Position numbers and translations under genes: made by a program. From contig SMWY01000091.1 of assembly GCA_004356555.1 (NCBI GenBank), positions 1 through 38,977 of the forward strand: a stretch of 38,977 bases of DNA, read 5' to 3'. The notes beneath the pieces were generated by a model, which made no database searches, was not told the DNA's origin, and saw nothing but the letters and a program-made list of their open reading frames with translations. The stretch is from Candidatus Dadabacteria bacterium (GTDB taxonomy: Bacteria > Desulfobacterota_D > UBA1144 > Nemesobacterales > UBA2774). This document shows, piece by piece, positions 10,110-19,973 of the stretch (positions are counted from its first letter, which is position 1; the number at the start of each line of letters is the position of its first letter).

Positions 10110-10129
10110 ATCTTGCAGTAATCTCAATA

Positions 10130-10158
10130 TATACGCGGAACTATATGCGGAACTATAT
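10130..10158. repeat. 12-bp tandem direct repeat GCGGAACTATAT x2 plus a partial third copy
   Basis: 10135-10146 and 10147-10158 are identical and are preceded by TATAC. Confidence 0.85.
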
Positions 10159-10342
10159 TAAGTAGGATCAGCTTGCTATGTCCTGCTGACTCAAGTAAAG
10201 TAAGTAAAATAATATTAAATATTGTGTGTTGTACTCGCTCTGATTTCTAAATACTATTAAAGTTTTATATTAGTTTAGTAGAGAGAGTAGTTCATTTGAA
10301 TATTTAAGGATATCTTTTATTTAAAAATAGGTGAGGGAAAAT

Positions 10343-10864
10343 ATGAAACCTACCCGTCTTAAAATCAGCGTAAGCCAGGATGGACTCCTTCCGCAAGAAA
10401 CGGCAGAAATAGCAACTTTGGATTTTCCGACACTACCTAAGAAACTACTTACAGCTCTTAGTTTTGAACGTGTTGATTCCAATACCTATGTGGGAGTACT
10501 TCCAGTATTTATAAATTTGGGGGAGAAGGAACAGGAGATAGAAATTGAACTAGGCGTAACTCTTCCGGAGATGAGAAAGAAAATAATTGAGATTGTTAAA
10601 ACTCCAGCAAGATTGATTGCTGCAGCACAAGATAAGAAAATAGCCCGCTCAAAAGCTGCTAAAAAGAAAGAGTCAATAAAACAGGCTGCTGCAGCAAAAG
10701 AAAAAGCCACCACTGCTAAAAAGTCGGCATCAGGTCTAAAGAAACCTTCTACTGCAAAAACAGCAAGTAAAACCAAGACAGGCACAGCCAAAGTAAGTAC
10801 TACAAAGACAAAAACAAAAACGAAAGCAAAAGCAACATCAACTAAAACGAAAAGAACAAAATAA
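10343..10864 (+). CDS. Hypothetical protein with histone-H1-like Lys/Ala/Thr-rich C-terminal tail
   Basis: The ORF track starts at GTG 10331, but ATG 10343 follows GGTGAGGG and is the likelier start. The C-terminal half is K/A/T/S low-complexity (KTKTKTKAKATSTKTKRTK). Ends 12 bp before guaB. Confidence 0.8.
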   Translation: MKPTRLKISVSQDGLLPQETAEIATLDFPTLPKKLLTALSFERVDSNTYVGVLPVFINLGEKEQEIEIELGVTLPEMRKKIIEIVKTPARLIAAAQDKKIARSKAAKKKESIKQAAAAKEKATTAKKSASGLKKPSTAKTASKTKTGTAKVSTTKTKTKTKAKATSTKTKRTK

Positions 10865-10876
10865 GGATAATACGGA

Positions 10877-12352
10877 ATGAGCAATGAAAACGTTCTAGAA
10901 TGCCTAACATTCGACGATGTTCTTTTAGTGCCTGCTTATTCTGAAATTTTGCCTAATGAAGTTGATACTTCCACTCACTTAACTCCCAATATAAAGCTTA
11001 ATATACCTATCCTAAGTGCTGCTATGGATACCGTAACTGAATCCAAAACCGCAATTGCGCTTGCCCAAGAAGGCGGGATAGGGATTATTCACAGAAATAT
11101 GGATATTGCCGGGCAGACGGCAGAGGTAAATAAAGTAAAGAAGTATGAAAGTGGAATGATCGTTAATCCACTTACGGTTCGTCCTAATCACACTGTTAAA
11201 GAAGCTCTAGACATAATGCTAAGTCAGAACATTACGGGTCTTCCTGTTACAAAGGAAAATGAAATTCTACTTGGCATTGTGACTTTCAGAGACTTAAGAT
11301 TTGAAAAGAACCTGGATTTTAAAGTAAAACAAATTATGACTCCCAAAAAGAGGTTAGTAACTGTAAGGGAGGGAACAAGCCTAGAAGAGGCAAAAGAACT
11401 ACTCCACAAATTTAGAATAGAAAAACTTCCCGTAGTCAATGAAGAATTTAGGCTCTGTGGCCTGATTACAATGAAGGATATAGAAAAAATTGAAAAGTAT
11501 CCTACTGCATGTAAGGACAGTATGGGGAGGCTCAGATGCGGGGCGGCTATAGGGGTGGGTCCCGATAGAGAGGAAAGAATCGAGTCACTTCTAAAAGTAG
11601 GCTGTGACGTCATTGTAATTGATACCGCTCATGGACATTCAAAAAAAGTCCTCGACACGGTGGCTTCTACAAAATCTAACTTTCCCGGACTTGAATTAAT
11701 TGCAGGAAATATTGGAACTGGAGAAGGTGCTGAGGCCATGATAAAAGCTGGGGCAGATGCTCTAAAGGTAGGAGTTGGTCCGGGATCAATATGTACTACA
11801 AGAATTATTGCCGGTATAGGGGTTCCACAAATATCTGCAATTCAAGATGTTACTAAAATAGCAAATAAGCATGATAAACCTATAATTGCTGACGGTGGTA
11901 TAAAATTCTCAGGAGACATCGCTAAAGCAATCGCAGCTGGGGCAAATTCGGTTATGATCGGGAACTTATTCGCCGGAACAGATGAGGCACCAGGAGAAGT
12001 AATACTTTTTCAGGGCAGAACCTACAAAGTCTATCGGGGAATGGGATCAATAGAAGCTATGAAGAAAGGAAGCAGAGACAGATATGCTCAGAACGTGGGT
12101 GACGAAATGATAGACACCAAATTAGTCCCTGAAGGGATTGAAGGAAGAATACCCTTTAGAGGGCCTATTGGCGGCATGATCTATCAACTTATTGGCGGCC
12201 TCAGAGCAGGTATGGGATACACGGGCTGTAAAACGATAAAAGAGTTAAGTACAGAAGCTAAATTCATAAAAGTTACAATGGCCGGGCTTAGAGAAGGCCA
12301 CGTACACGATGTGATCATAACTAAAGAAGCTCCAAATTACAGAATTGAATGA
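10877..12352 (+). CDS. guaB: IMP dehydrogenase with CBS pair
   Basis: [54 protein letters not shown]. Confidence 0.99.
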   Translation: MSNENVLECLTFDDVLLVPAYSEILPNEVDTSTHLTPNIKLNIPILSAAMDTVTESKTAIALAQEGGIGIIHRNMDIAGQTAEVNKVKKYESGMIVNPLTVRPNHTVKEALDIMLSQNITGLPVTKENEILLGIVTFRDLRFEKNLDFKVKQIMTPKKRLVTVREGTSLEEAKELLHKFRIEKLPVVNEEFRLCGLITMKDIEKIEKYPTACKDSMGRLRCGAAIGVGPDREERIESLLKVGCDVIVIDTAHGHSKKVLDTVASTKSNFPGLELIAGNIGTGEGAEAMIKAGADALKVGVGPGSICTTRIIAGIGVPQISAIQDVTKIANKHDKPIIADGGIKFSGDIAKAIAAGANSVMIGNLFAGTDEAPGEVILFQGRTYKVYRGMGSIEAMKKGSRDRYAQNVGDEMIDTKLVPEGIEGRIPFRGPIGGMIYQLIGGLRAGMGYTGCKTIKELSTEAKFIKVTMAGLREGHVHDVIITKEAPNYRIE

Positions 12353-12422
12353 TCGGCAGCATTTCCTTGTATTTAAGTGCGGTCATTCTTACTTTAAACT
12401 TTTTCACAACTAAAATTAGAAA

Positions 12423-13955
12423 ATGCATGATAAAATATTAGTCCTTGATTTCGGCTCTCAATATACACAGCTTATCGCTAGGAGAATACGTGAACTTGGT
12501 GTTTACTCCGAAATCAAGCCTTTTAATACTCCCTTGAACGATATCAAAGAAGCTTTTCCTAAAGCCATCATATTCTCTGGCGGGCCGGCCAGTGTTTGGG
12601 ATAAGGATTCCCCTTCTATAGATTCGGAAATATTCAACATGCAAATCCCTATATTAGGCATTTGTTATGGGATGCAAATCACAGTTCATTTACTGGGAGG
12701 AAAAGTAGAACGTTCAGATAGGCGCGAATTCGGCCCTGCAAAGCTTAAGATAATAGATAATTCTGATTTGTTAGCCGGGATACCGGATGGAAGTGATATA
12801 TGGATGTCACACGGCGACCATGTACTGGAACTCCCCGAGGGATTTACCGCTATAGCTGCAAGCGATAACTCACCTGTAGCCGCTGTTAAAAACGAGAACC
12901 TTAAAATGTACTGTACCCAGTTTCATCCGGAGGTTGTTCACACTGAGTTCGGAAAGGAGATATTGTCCAATTTTGTATTTAATATATCCGGATGTAAGAG
13001 TACCTGGACATCTAAATCGTTTGCCGAGACTTCAATAAAGGATATCAGGGAAAAAGTGGGTTCCTCAAAAGTAATATGCGGACTTTCTGGCGGTGTTGAT
13101 TCAGCAGTTGCCGCAGTAATTATACAACACGCGATTATGGACAACCTTTATTGCATATTCGTAGACACTGGGCTCTTGAGATTTAATGAGGCAGCTGAAG
13201 TTGTTGAATCTTTTAAACATATGGGGTTTAATCTGATCCATGTTGATGCTAAAGACAGGTTCTTTAAAAAGCTCAGTGGGGTATCTGATCCGGAAAAAAA
13301 GAGAAAAATAATTGGTGAAGAATTTATAAATGTATTTGACGAGGAAGCTTCTAAAATCGAGGGTGCGGAATTTCTGGCGCAAGGAACTCTATATCCAGAT
13401 GTTATAGAAAGTGTAAGCGTTAAAGGTCCTTCAGCAACAATAAAATCTCATCATAATGTAGGCGGACTCCCAGAGAAAATGAAGCTCAAATTAGTTGAAC
13501 CTCTCAGGGAGCTTTTTAAAGATGAAGTAAGAGCTGTTGGTTTCGAGCTTGGTATTCCAGAAAATATACTTAACCGTCACCCTTTTCCGGGCCCAGGACT
13601 TGCGATAAGAATTATGGGTGAAATAGAAGAAGATAGGGTTGAGATTCTAAGGCTCGCAGACCATATTTTCATAGATGAAATCAAAAAGGCCGGCATATAT
13701 GACGAAATTTGGCAAGCCTTTTGTGTATATCTTCCGATAAAAACTGTAGGTGTAATGGGTGATGAAAGGACATATGAAGATGTGATTTCACTTAGAGCTG
13801 TTACGAGCTTAGATGGAATGACAGCAAATTGGGCCCGTATTCCATATGATGTTTTAGAGAAAACTTCTGTAAGAATAATAAATGAAGTAAAAGGAATTAA
13901 CCGAGTTGTTTACGATATATCAACAAAACCACCAAGCACTATAGAATGGGAATAA
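12423..13955 (+). CDS. guaA: GMP synthase (glutamine-hydrolysing)
   Basis: [50 protein letters not shown]. Confidence 0.99.
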   Translation: MHDKILVLDFGSQYTQLIARRIRELGVYSEIKPFNTPLNDIKEAFPKAIIFSGGPASVWDKDSPSIDSEIFNMQIPILGICYGMQITVHLLGGKVERSDRREFGPAKLKIIDNSDLLAGIPDGSDIWMSHGDHVLELPEGFTAIAASDNSPVAAVKNENLKMYCTQFHPEVVHTEFGKEILSNFVFNISGCKSTWTSKSFAETSIKDIREKVGSSKVICGLSGGVDSAVAAVIIQHAIMDNLYCIFVDTGLLRFNEAAEVVESFKHMGFNLIHVDAKDRFFKKLSGVSDPEKKRKIIGEEFINVFDEEASKIEGAEFLAQGTLYPDVIESVSVKGPSATIKSHHNVGGLPEKMKLKLVEPLRELFKDEVRAVGFELGIPENILNRHPFPGPGLAIRIMGEIEEDRVEILRLADHIFIDEIKKAGIYDEIWQAFCVYLPIKTVGVMGDERTYEDVISLRAVTSLDGMTANWARIPYDVLEKTSVRIINEVKGINRVVYDISTKPPSTIEWE

Positions 13956-13966
13956 AATTCCGAAAA

Positions 13967-14176
13967 TCAATTCACCGGTTTTTTAAATATTCCAAACTCT
14001 CCGGTTATAGACACAAGTTCCCAAGATTCTTTACCAAGCTCGTTTAAGGTTTCCTCCATTCCTTGACCCATTGTTGCCCTTCTTGCGCCTGCTGCTTCTT
14101 TTGACACCGCTATGTCGTGATCATTACTCTCTTGGAACAGCGAATTTACTGATACAACTTTATAATCCCATTTCAT
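13967..14176 (-). CDS. Small DUF4177-like protein
   Basis: MKWDYKVV...EETLNELGKESWELVS...IFKKP fits the DUF4177 pattern; ATGA overlap with the upstream gene. Confidence 0.8.
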   Translation of the reverse strand: MKWDYKVVSVNSLFQESNDHDIAVSKEAAGARRATMGQGMEETLNELGKESWELVSITGEFGIFKKPVN

Positions 14177-14376
14177 TCGGATATTTCCTCTTCGACTTGA
14201 TCAAGTTCTTCTTCAGAGCTTACCTCATCTTCCTCTATGACAAGGGGCTCTCCTTTTTCCTCTACATCAGGAAGACTTGCCAGATGTTTTTCATAATCCT
14301 TCTTGGAAAGCTTGCCTTCTAGAATATTCCTTTCCACTATTCTTACCTCATATAAAAACTCGTCTTTTTTGCTCAT
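14173..14376 (-). CDS. Small acidic hypothetical protein (67 aa)
   Basis: ATG 14376 with GGAGGT RBS is preferred to 14409. Sequence MSKKDEFLYEVRIVERNILEGKLSKKDYEKHLASLPDVEEKG followed by a Glu-rich tail. Confidence 0.75.
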   Translation of the reverse strand: MSKKDEFLYEVRIVERNILEGKLSKKDYEKHLASLPDVEEKGEPLVIEEDEVSSEEELDQVEEEISE

Positions 14377-14515
14377 TATAAAACCTCCGGGAAAACTTAG
14401 GATACCCAATGAACTGGGTTTCGCAATCTACAATCTATTAACTTTTAGTATAAATGTGATTTACTTCTCCGTTCCAATTTAATCACTTTTAATTCTATTT
14501 CAATATATTAGACAC

Positions 14516-15442
14516 CTAAGATTTTGGCTTCAAATTAAACCAATCCCATGTGTTTTGAATACCCTCTGTCAACTGTACACTCGGGGTCCAACTCAATATC
14601 TTTTCAGCATATTTCACATCTAGACTTATACTCTGCACTTCTCCTAGTCTAGCATCCCCATATTCAACTTGAAAATCGGCCCCAGATGAATTTTTAAGCT
14701 CAGCAATCAAATCATTTACAGAAGTTTCAACCTCGGTCCCAATATTGTAACTGCCAACCGGTGCACTTAGACTTAGGAGATTAGCTTTTGCCACGTCCTC
14801 TACATAAACATAATCCCTTGTTTGACTACCGTCTCCAAAAATCGTGCACGGCATTCCTGAAAGAATACGACTGCAGAATATCGCAATAACCCCTGCCTCA
14901 CCGTGAGGATTTTGGCGGGGACCGTAGACATTTGCATATCTCAAAGCTACATATTCAAAACCATGTACGTAATTATAGTAGCCAAGGTACTTTTCAATCG
15001 CGTATTTAGATGTTCCATATGGAGAGATAGGAAAGGGCTCCGTTTTCTCATCGGCGGGTATATCTTCGGGCTCCCCATATATTGCACCCCCAGTAGAGGC
15101 AAAAATAAATTTCTTTACATCATGCCTTAAAGATGATTCTATAAGATGTAATGTGCCTATAATATTAATTTCGGCATCGTGCATGGGGTTGAGGACCGAC
15201 TTTCTTACATCTATCTGGGCTGCATGATGGTCTATAACATCAGGCTTAAAATCTGAGATGACTTTTTCGACCTTTTCTGAATCTCTAATATCGCATTTTA
15301 TAAATTCAGCGCCGTTAGGGATATTTTCTTCTCTACCAGTAGATAGATCATCAATAATGACGACCTCATGCCCTTCTTTAAGAAAGGTATCCACCACCCA
15401 AGAACCGATAAATCCCGCTCCGCCTGTTACAAGTATTTTCAT
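14516..15442 (-). CDS. NAD-dependent NDP-sugar epimerase/dehydratase (GalE-like extended SDR)
   Basis: TGGAGFIGS, ASTGGAIYG, YGTSK (YxxxK), LRYANVYGPRQ, QTRDYVYV. Confidence 0.93.
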   Translation of the reverse strand: MKILVTGGAGFIGSWVVDTFLKEGHEVVIIDDLSTGREENIPNGAEFIKCDIRDSEKVEKVISDFKPDVIDHHAAQIDVRKSVLNPMHDAEINIIGTLHLIESSLRHDVKKFIFASTGGAIYGEPEDIPADEKTEPFPISPYGTSKYAIEKYLGYYNYVHGFEYVALRYANVYGPRQNPHGEAGVIAIFCSRILSGMPCTIFGDGSQTRDYVYVEDVAKANLLSLSAPVGSYNIGTEVETSVNDLIAELKNSSGADFQVEYGDARLGEVQSISLDVKYAEKILSWTPSVQLTEGIQNTWDWFNLKPKS

Positions 15443-15542
15443 TTATTAGTTCCCCGTAAATTATTTAGCTCTAAATAAGTACAATCTTTTATCGGTTAAA
15501 AAGTAAAGCTAATATTCACTACTATTGAATTTATTGTCAATC

Positions 15543-16538
15543 CTAAGGTGCAAGACCTTCTATGGTTTCTCTTACCATGTCGCGTGAGGTTTTAGGGGGG
15601 AAAAGAATAATAGGTAAATCGGCGCCGCTATCAATATACTGAGCGATCTTTGATCGTCCGGACTCAGCATTACCGCAGATTGATAAGGAGTTTACAATCT
15701 CATTGCTCACACCCTCAATAGCCCCACTCTTATCCCCTTTACTCCATCTATCTACTATCATATCAGCCTCAGCTTGAAATCCATAGCGAACCATAGCACT
15801 ATGATAAAAAGTACCCATACCCCCTACATAATATGCTATGTATTCTTTAATGATACTCTTTGCAAGATCCTCATCTTGAGACACAGCAGCGGGTATATAT
15901 GGACTTACCTCAATTTGCCCGGCATTCCTTCCTACTTTTTCGGCCCCCGATAATAGTTCCTTTTTACCACCTGCAAGATTCTCCGGAGGAACCAGAAATG
16001 GTATCCACCCATCGGCAATCTCACCGGTAAGCTTTATGTTTTTAGAACCCATGGCGGCTATGAAAATTGGTATGTTCTTTTTGATCGGCTTGAATTGGAG
16101 ACGGAAGTTCTTCAATTTGAAAATCTCCCCTTCATAATTAACCCTTTCGCTATTTAGAATCATACGGATGATTTCCACATATTCCCTAGTTCTCTGAAGT
16201 GGCTTTTCATAGGGCACCCCATGCCAATTCTCAATGACTACGGGTCCGCTTGTGCCTAGACCGAGAATTATACGACCATCTGATATTTCATCTAATGTAG
16301 CGACGGTCTGAGCTATCATGGCAGGTGTACGGCTATATACGGAGATTATTCCTGTGGCTAGTTTTATTCTTTTAGTGTGAGAGGCAAGAAGTCCGAGGAT
16401 TGAGAAAGCATCCCTACCCCACATCTCAGGAACCCAAATTGAGTCGTATCCGAGATCTTCAGCTAATTGTGCAATCTCTATAAGTTCCCCCTTTGTTATA
16501 TTGTTCCAATATGGGGTAACCAAACCGATCTTGCGCAT
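15543..16538 (-). CDS. LLM-class oxidoreductase, probably F420-dependent
   Basis: GYDSIWVPEMWGRDA, VYSRTPA, TLDEISDGRIILGLGTSGP..IENWHG, PLQRTREY, GEIADGW. Resembles the F420-dependent NP1902A/Rv3520c-type LLM subfamilies, and cofC is in the same window. Confidence 0.85.
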   Translation of the reverse strand: MRKIGLVTPYWNNITKGELIEIAQLAEDLGYDSIWVPEMWGRDAFSILGLLASHTKRIKLATGIISVYSRTPAMIAQTVATLDEISDGRIILGLGTSGPVVIENWHGVPYEKPLQRTREYVEIIRMILNSERVNYEGEIFKLKNFRLQFKPIKKNIPIFIAAMGSKNIKLTGEIADGWIPFLVPPENLAGGKKELLSGAEKVGRNAGQIEVSPYIPAAVSQDEDLAKSIIKEYIAYYVGGMGTFYHSAMVRYGFQAEADMIVDRWSKGDKSGAIEGVSNEIVNSLSICGNAESGRSKIAQYIDSGADLPIILFPPKTSRDMVRETIEGLAP

Positions 16539-16667
16539 TTCATCTCTCCTTAATCAATAGAAGTTATAGATTGAACTGTGAGACCTTACAAGTGCTGAGA
16601 AGATAAGGCATATTATAATATTGCTTATAATAAGCACAAGGATTACGCAAAATCGGAGGCATCATAA

Positions 16668-17627
16668 ATGGATCAACTAAAGATAGCGGCAGAAATCGCA
16701 CTAAGTGATTGTATGGCAGTAAAAGAGGGGGAGAGGGTTCTTATAATAACTGACGAACCGGCAAGAAAAATAGGATATGTTCTTTGGGAAGCTGCTAAAG
16801 ACTTGGGAGCGCAGGCAATACTTACTGAAATAATGACACCTAAATCAAATGGGGAAGAGCCGCCGGAGCCGGTCGCGGAACTTATGAAGTTAGTAGATGT
16901 AATCCTTATCCCAACCTCAAAATCACTAAGTCATACAGACTCAAGAAGAGCAGCAAGCAAAGCAGGCGTTCGTATAGCAACCCTTCCAGGAATCACAGAG
17001 GATATGATGATAAGAACATTGAACGCCGACTATAAAGAGATAGCAAAAAAGAGTGATAAACTCGCTGAGATTATCAGCCAAGGATCAAATGTAAGAATTA
17101 CGACTGAAAAGGGAACTGATATTAATCTTGTAGTAAAAGGCAGAGAAGGACACTCGGACACGGGCTTAAATCATAACCCGGGAGATTTCAGCAACCTTCC
17201 CGCAGGGGAGGCATATGTAGCCCCTATGGAGGGAAAATCAGAAGGTTTTATAGTGTTTGATGGTTCTATGGCAGGAGTTGGCAAACTTTGTGGGGAAGTT
17301 ATAAATGTTAAAGTCGAAGAGGGATTTGCGACCGAAATAACAGGGGGAGCTGCAGGAGAAAAACTATATTCAATTATGGAGCCTTTCGGAAAGCTCGCAT
17401 TTAATCTTGCAGAACTTGGAATTGGAACTCACGATAAAGCTCAAATTACCGGAGATGTCCTTGAGGACGAGAAGGCAATAGGAACAGTGCATATAGCTTT
17501 TGGTGACAACAAAAGCATGGGCGGAACAATAAGAGTTGCAAGCCATCTTGACGGCGTCATTATGGAGCCTACGGTAAGTGTTGATGGAGAAACGATAATG
17601 GAGAAAGGTAAGTTTTTAATACTGTAA
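16668..17627 (+). CDS. M29-like (aminopeptidase T/AmpS-related) metallo-aminopeptidase
   Basis: NLPAGE, AELGIG, EDEKAIGTVHIAFGDN, HLDGV; GGAGG RBS. Confidence 0.85.
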   Translation: MDQLKIAAEIALSDCMAVKEGERVLIITDEPARKIGYVLWEAAKDLGAQAILTEIMTPKSNGEEPPEPVAELMKLVDVILIPTSKSLSHTDSRRAASKAGVRIATLPGITEDMMIRTLNADYKEIAKKSDKLAEIISQGSNVRITTEKGTDINLVVKGREGHSDTGLNHNPGDFSNLPAGEAYVAPMEGKSEGFIVFDGSMAGVGKLCGEVINVKVEEGFATEITGGAAGEKLYSIMEPFGKLAFNLAELGIGTHDKAQITGDVLEDEKAIGTVHIAFGDNKSMGGTIRVASHLDGVIMEPTVSVDGETIMEKGKFLIL

Positions 17628-17666
17628 AATAACAAAACTAAAAGGCAATGTGGTAAATTTAATCAA

Positions 17667-19916
17667 ATGGAGACTGTAATCAACCGCTTTGTTTTACTAA
17701 ACCCTCCAAGTGTTTTTGAAGGAATTCTATTTTTCCTTTTATTGATTTTAGTACTTTACGGATCTTTTCGGAGTACCAAACACTTAGCCGGCTCTAAAAA
17801 AAGAGCTACCCTTATTTCCCTTCATTTATTATCGTTCCTATTAATAATATTCATTTTATTCAACCCCGGATTTAAGGTTGAACATTACAAGGAAGAAAAA
17901 AGGAACCTGGCTGTTTTGGTTGATAGTACATGGAGTATGAACCTTCCCGGGGATAGGGACGGAAATGTACGAACTGAGAAAGTAAAAAATTATTTAGAAC
18001 AAAATAATGACTTCCTCTCTCAAATGGAAAAGAATTTCTATGTTGAATATTTCTTCTTTGATCAAGAGCTAAAACCTACCTCACTTGATTCAATTCTTAA
18101 AAACGAACCTCTGGGCACTAAAACCAAAATCGGCAAGGTATTAGAGGAACTAATAGACAAGAAAAATAAAGGGGGGCTCGACGTAGCAATAATCATTTCA
18201 GACGGCGCTGACAATGATGGATCAACAAACATGTATGACAGGCTAAAAGGTATAGATCTCATAATTAATACAGTGAGCCCGGTTACAGTAGATAGTATGA
18301 ATGATGTGTGGATAGACGATATAATTTCAAGCGAAGTAGCCTTCCTTAGATACCCTTTTTCAATCGAGGTGGTAATAAAAACAAGCAGACCGGAAAACTT
18401 TAAAATACCCGTAACACTCTATAAAGAAGATAAATTAATGTCTATAAAAGAGGCTTCTATAAACCCCGAATCAAAAGAGGCAAGAGTAAAGTTTGAAATA
18501 AATCCCTTATCACTTGGGCGAAAAATTTACACTGTATACATCCCCGTATTATCTGAAGAACTTATAACCGAAAACAATCAAAAGTCCTTCTTCACAGATG
18601 TTATTATTAACAAAATCCGCGTTCTTCACGTAGCCGGAAGCCCTTCATGGGACGTAAAATTTCTAAGGAAGGCACTCAAAAGAAACCCAAATATTGACCT
18701 TGTATCCTTCTTTATTCTAAGAGACCCTTCAGACCTTGTATTCGCCTCGGAAAGAGAACTAAGCTTAATACCTTTCCCTGTTAATGAGATATTCAGCAAG
18801 GAACTAGACACCTTTGATGTCGTAATATTCCAGAATTTCCATTTTCAACCCTACGGAATCTTCGGATTCCACCTGAAGAATTTAAAAGACTATGTTTCAA
18901 AGGACGGCGGCGCATTCCTTATGATTGGCGGTAGCAACAGTTTTAACAGCGGGGATTACGGGAGGACCTTAATTTCAGATATTTTGCCGGTCGAACTGGA
19001 CTACTTACCCACAACTCTATCTGAAACAATAAGTAACCAAGAATTCCACCCTGAACTCACCGCTATTGGAAAAAACCATCCGATTACAAGAATTGTCCCA
19101 AATAAAGATGAAAATGAAAGGCACTGGAAAAAAATGCCGGAACTTGAAGGACTAAATATCGTTCAGGGATTAAACCAATCAGCTATGTCATTATTAAAAA
19201 CTCCTGATGGACAGTCAATATTAGCTATTGAAAATGTAGATTTCGGAAAGGTTGCAGCGTTTATGTCTGATTCATCCTGGAAATGGAATTTTGTCCTGGG
19301 GAGTGAAGGCAATGTGTCTCCTCATTATGAAAAGTTTTGGAACAGGTTATTTCTATGGTTTCTAAATGACCCTGAATTAAAAGATATTAGGGTAAAAACG
19401 GATAAGCCAATTTATAATCCGGGAGAAAATGCTAAAATAGAAATTTCGACACTAGGAGATGATTTGAATAATCAAAAAGCCCTACCCCTACTGATTTATC
19501 CAAACGGCATGGAGAACGAAATCGAATTAGAGAAAACTTCTTACAATAGATTGATCGGTAAGGTACAGGTTGGAGGAAGCGGAATTCATAAAATATCGGT
19601 AAACCCAGGTACTGACTCAAGTCTATATAATGATTTAAATGTGAGCGAGACGATTTTTATTGTCGAACCTCCTGAAAATGAAGTACGGGGCCCTACTGCA
19701 AACAACAATATCTTACAATCCCTGGCCGAGAGAACTGGGGGAAAATACATAACTACAGATGACAGACTTGAGAACCTTAAAATTGATACATCTAAAAAGA
19801 AAACAATAACAGGTTATAAAACAATGAGGTTCTGGGATAATCCCCTGACTTTTGTAGTGCTCCTGGGTCTGTTATCATCAGAATGGCTATTAAGAAGAAG
19901 ATGGGGACTAAAGTAG
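17667..19916 (+). CDS. Membrane protein with vWA-like, Ig-like and GATase-like (DUF1355-type) domains
   Basis: Two N-terminal TM helices; LVDSTWSM (MIDAS-like) and IIISDG; FDVVIFQN, GGAFLMIGG..SF, ILPVEL, SSWKW, FWNRLFLW; C-terminal TM ending EWLLRRRWGL. Confidence 0.75.
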   Translation: METVINRFVLLNPPSVFEGILFFLLLILVLYGSFRSTKHLAGSKKRATLISLHLLSFLLIIFILFNPGFKVEHYKEEKRNLAVLVDSTWSMNLPGDRDGNVRTEKVKNYLEQNNDFLSQMEKNFYVEYFFFDQELKPTSLDSILKNEPLGTKTKIGKVLEELIDKKNKGGLDVAIIISDGADNDGSTNMYDRLKGIDLIINTVSPVTVDSMNDVWIDDIISSEVAFLRYPFSIEVVIKTSRPENFKIPVTLYKEDKLMSIKEASINPESKEARVKFEINPLSLGRKIYTVYIPVLSEELITENNQKSFFTDVIINKIRVLHVAGSPSWDVKFLRKALKRNPNIDLVSFFILRDPSDLVFASERELSLIPFPVNEIFSKELDTFDVVIFQNFHFQPYGIFGFHLKNLKDYVSKDGGAFLMIGGSNSFNSGDYGRTLISDILPVELDYLPTTLSETISNQEFHPELTAIGKNHPITRIVPNKDENERHWKKMPELEGLNIVQGLNQSAMSLLKTPDGQSILAIENVDFGKVAAFMSDSSWKWNFVLGSEGNVSPHYEKFWNRLFLWFLNDPELKDIRVKTDKPIYNPGENAKIEISTLGDDLNNQKALPLLIYPNGMENEIELEKTSYNRLIGKVQVGGSGIHKISVNPGTDSSLYNDLNVSETIFIVEPPENEVRGPTANNNILQSLAERTGGKYITTDDRLENLKIDTSKKKTITGYKTMRFWDNPLTFVVLLGLLSSEWLLRRRWGLK

Positions 19917-19973
19917 TCATAAATGACCTGGTAACATATTGCTATAGTTCATATAAATATTGGAGAGATAAGA

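Noticed and set aside
10160-10330. Purine riboswitch upstream of the guaBA unit
   Set aside because: Only a weak TCAGC/GCTGA stem; no recognisable purine aptamer junction sequences.
10486-10884. 132-aa hydrophobic antisense ORF
   Set aside because: Mirror of the A-rich Lys/Thr codons on the plus strand, which read as Phe/Val on the minus strand.
14452-14473. CRP-like site AAATGTGA...
   Set aside because: The second half-site reads TCTCC rather than TCACA; too weak.
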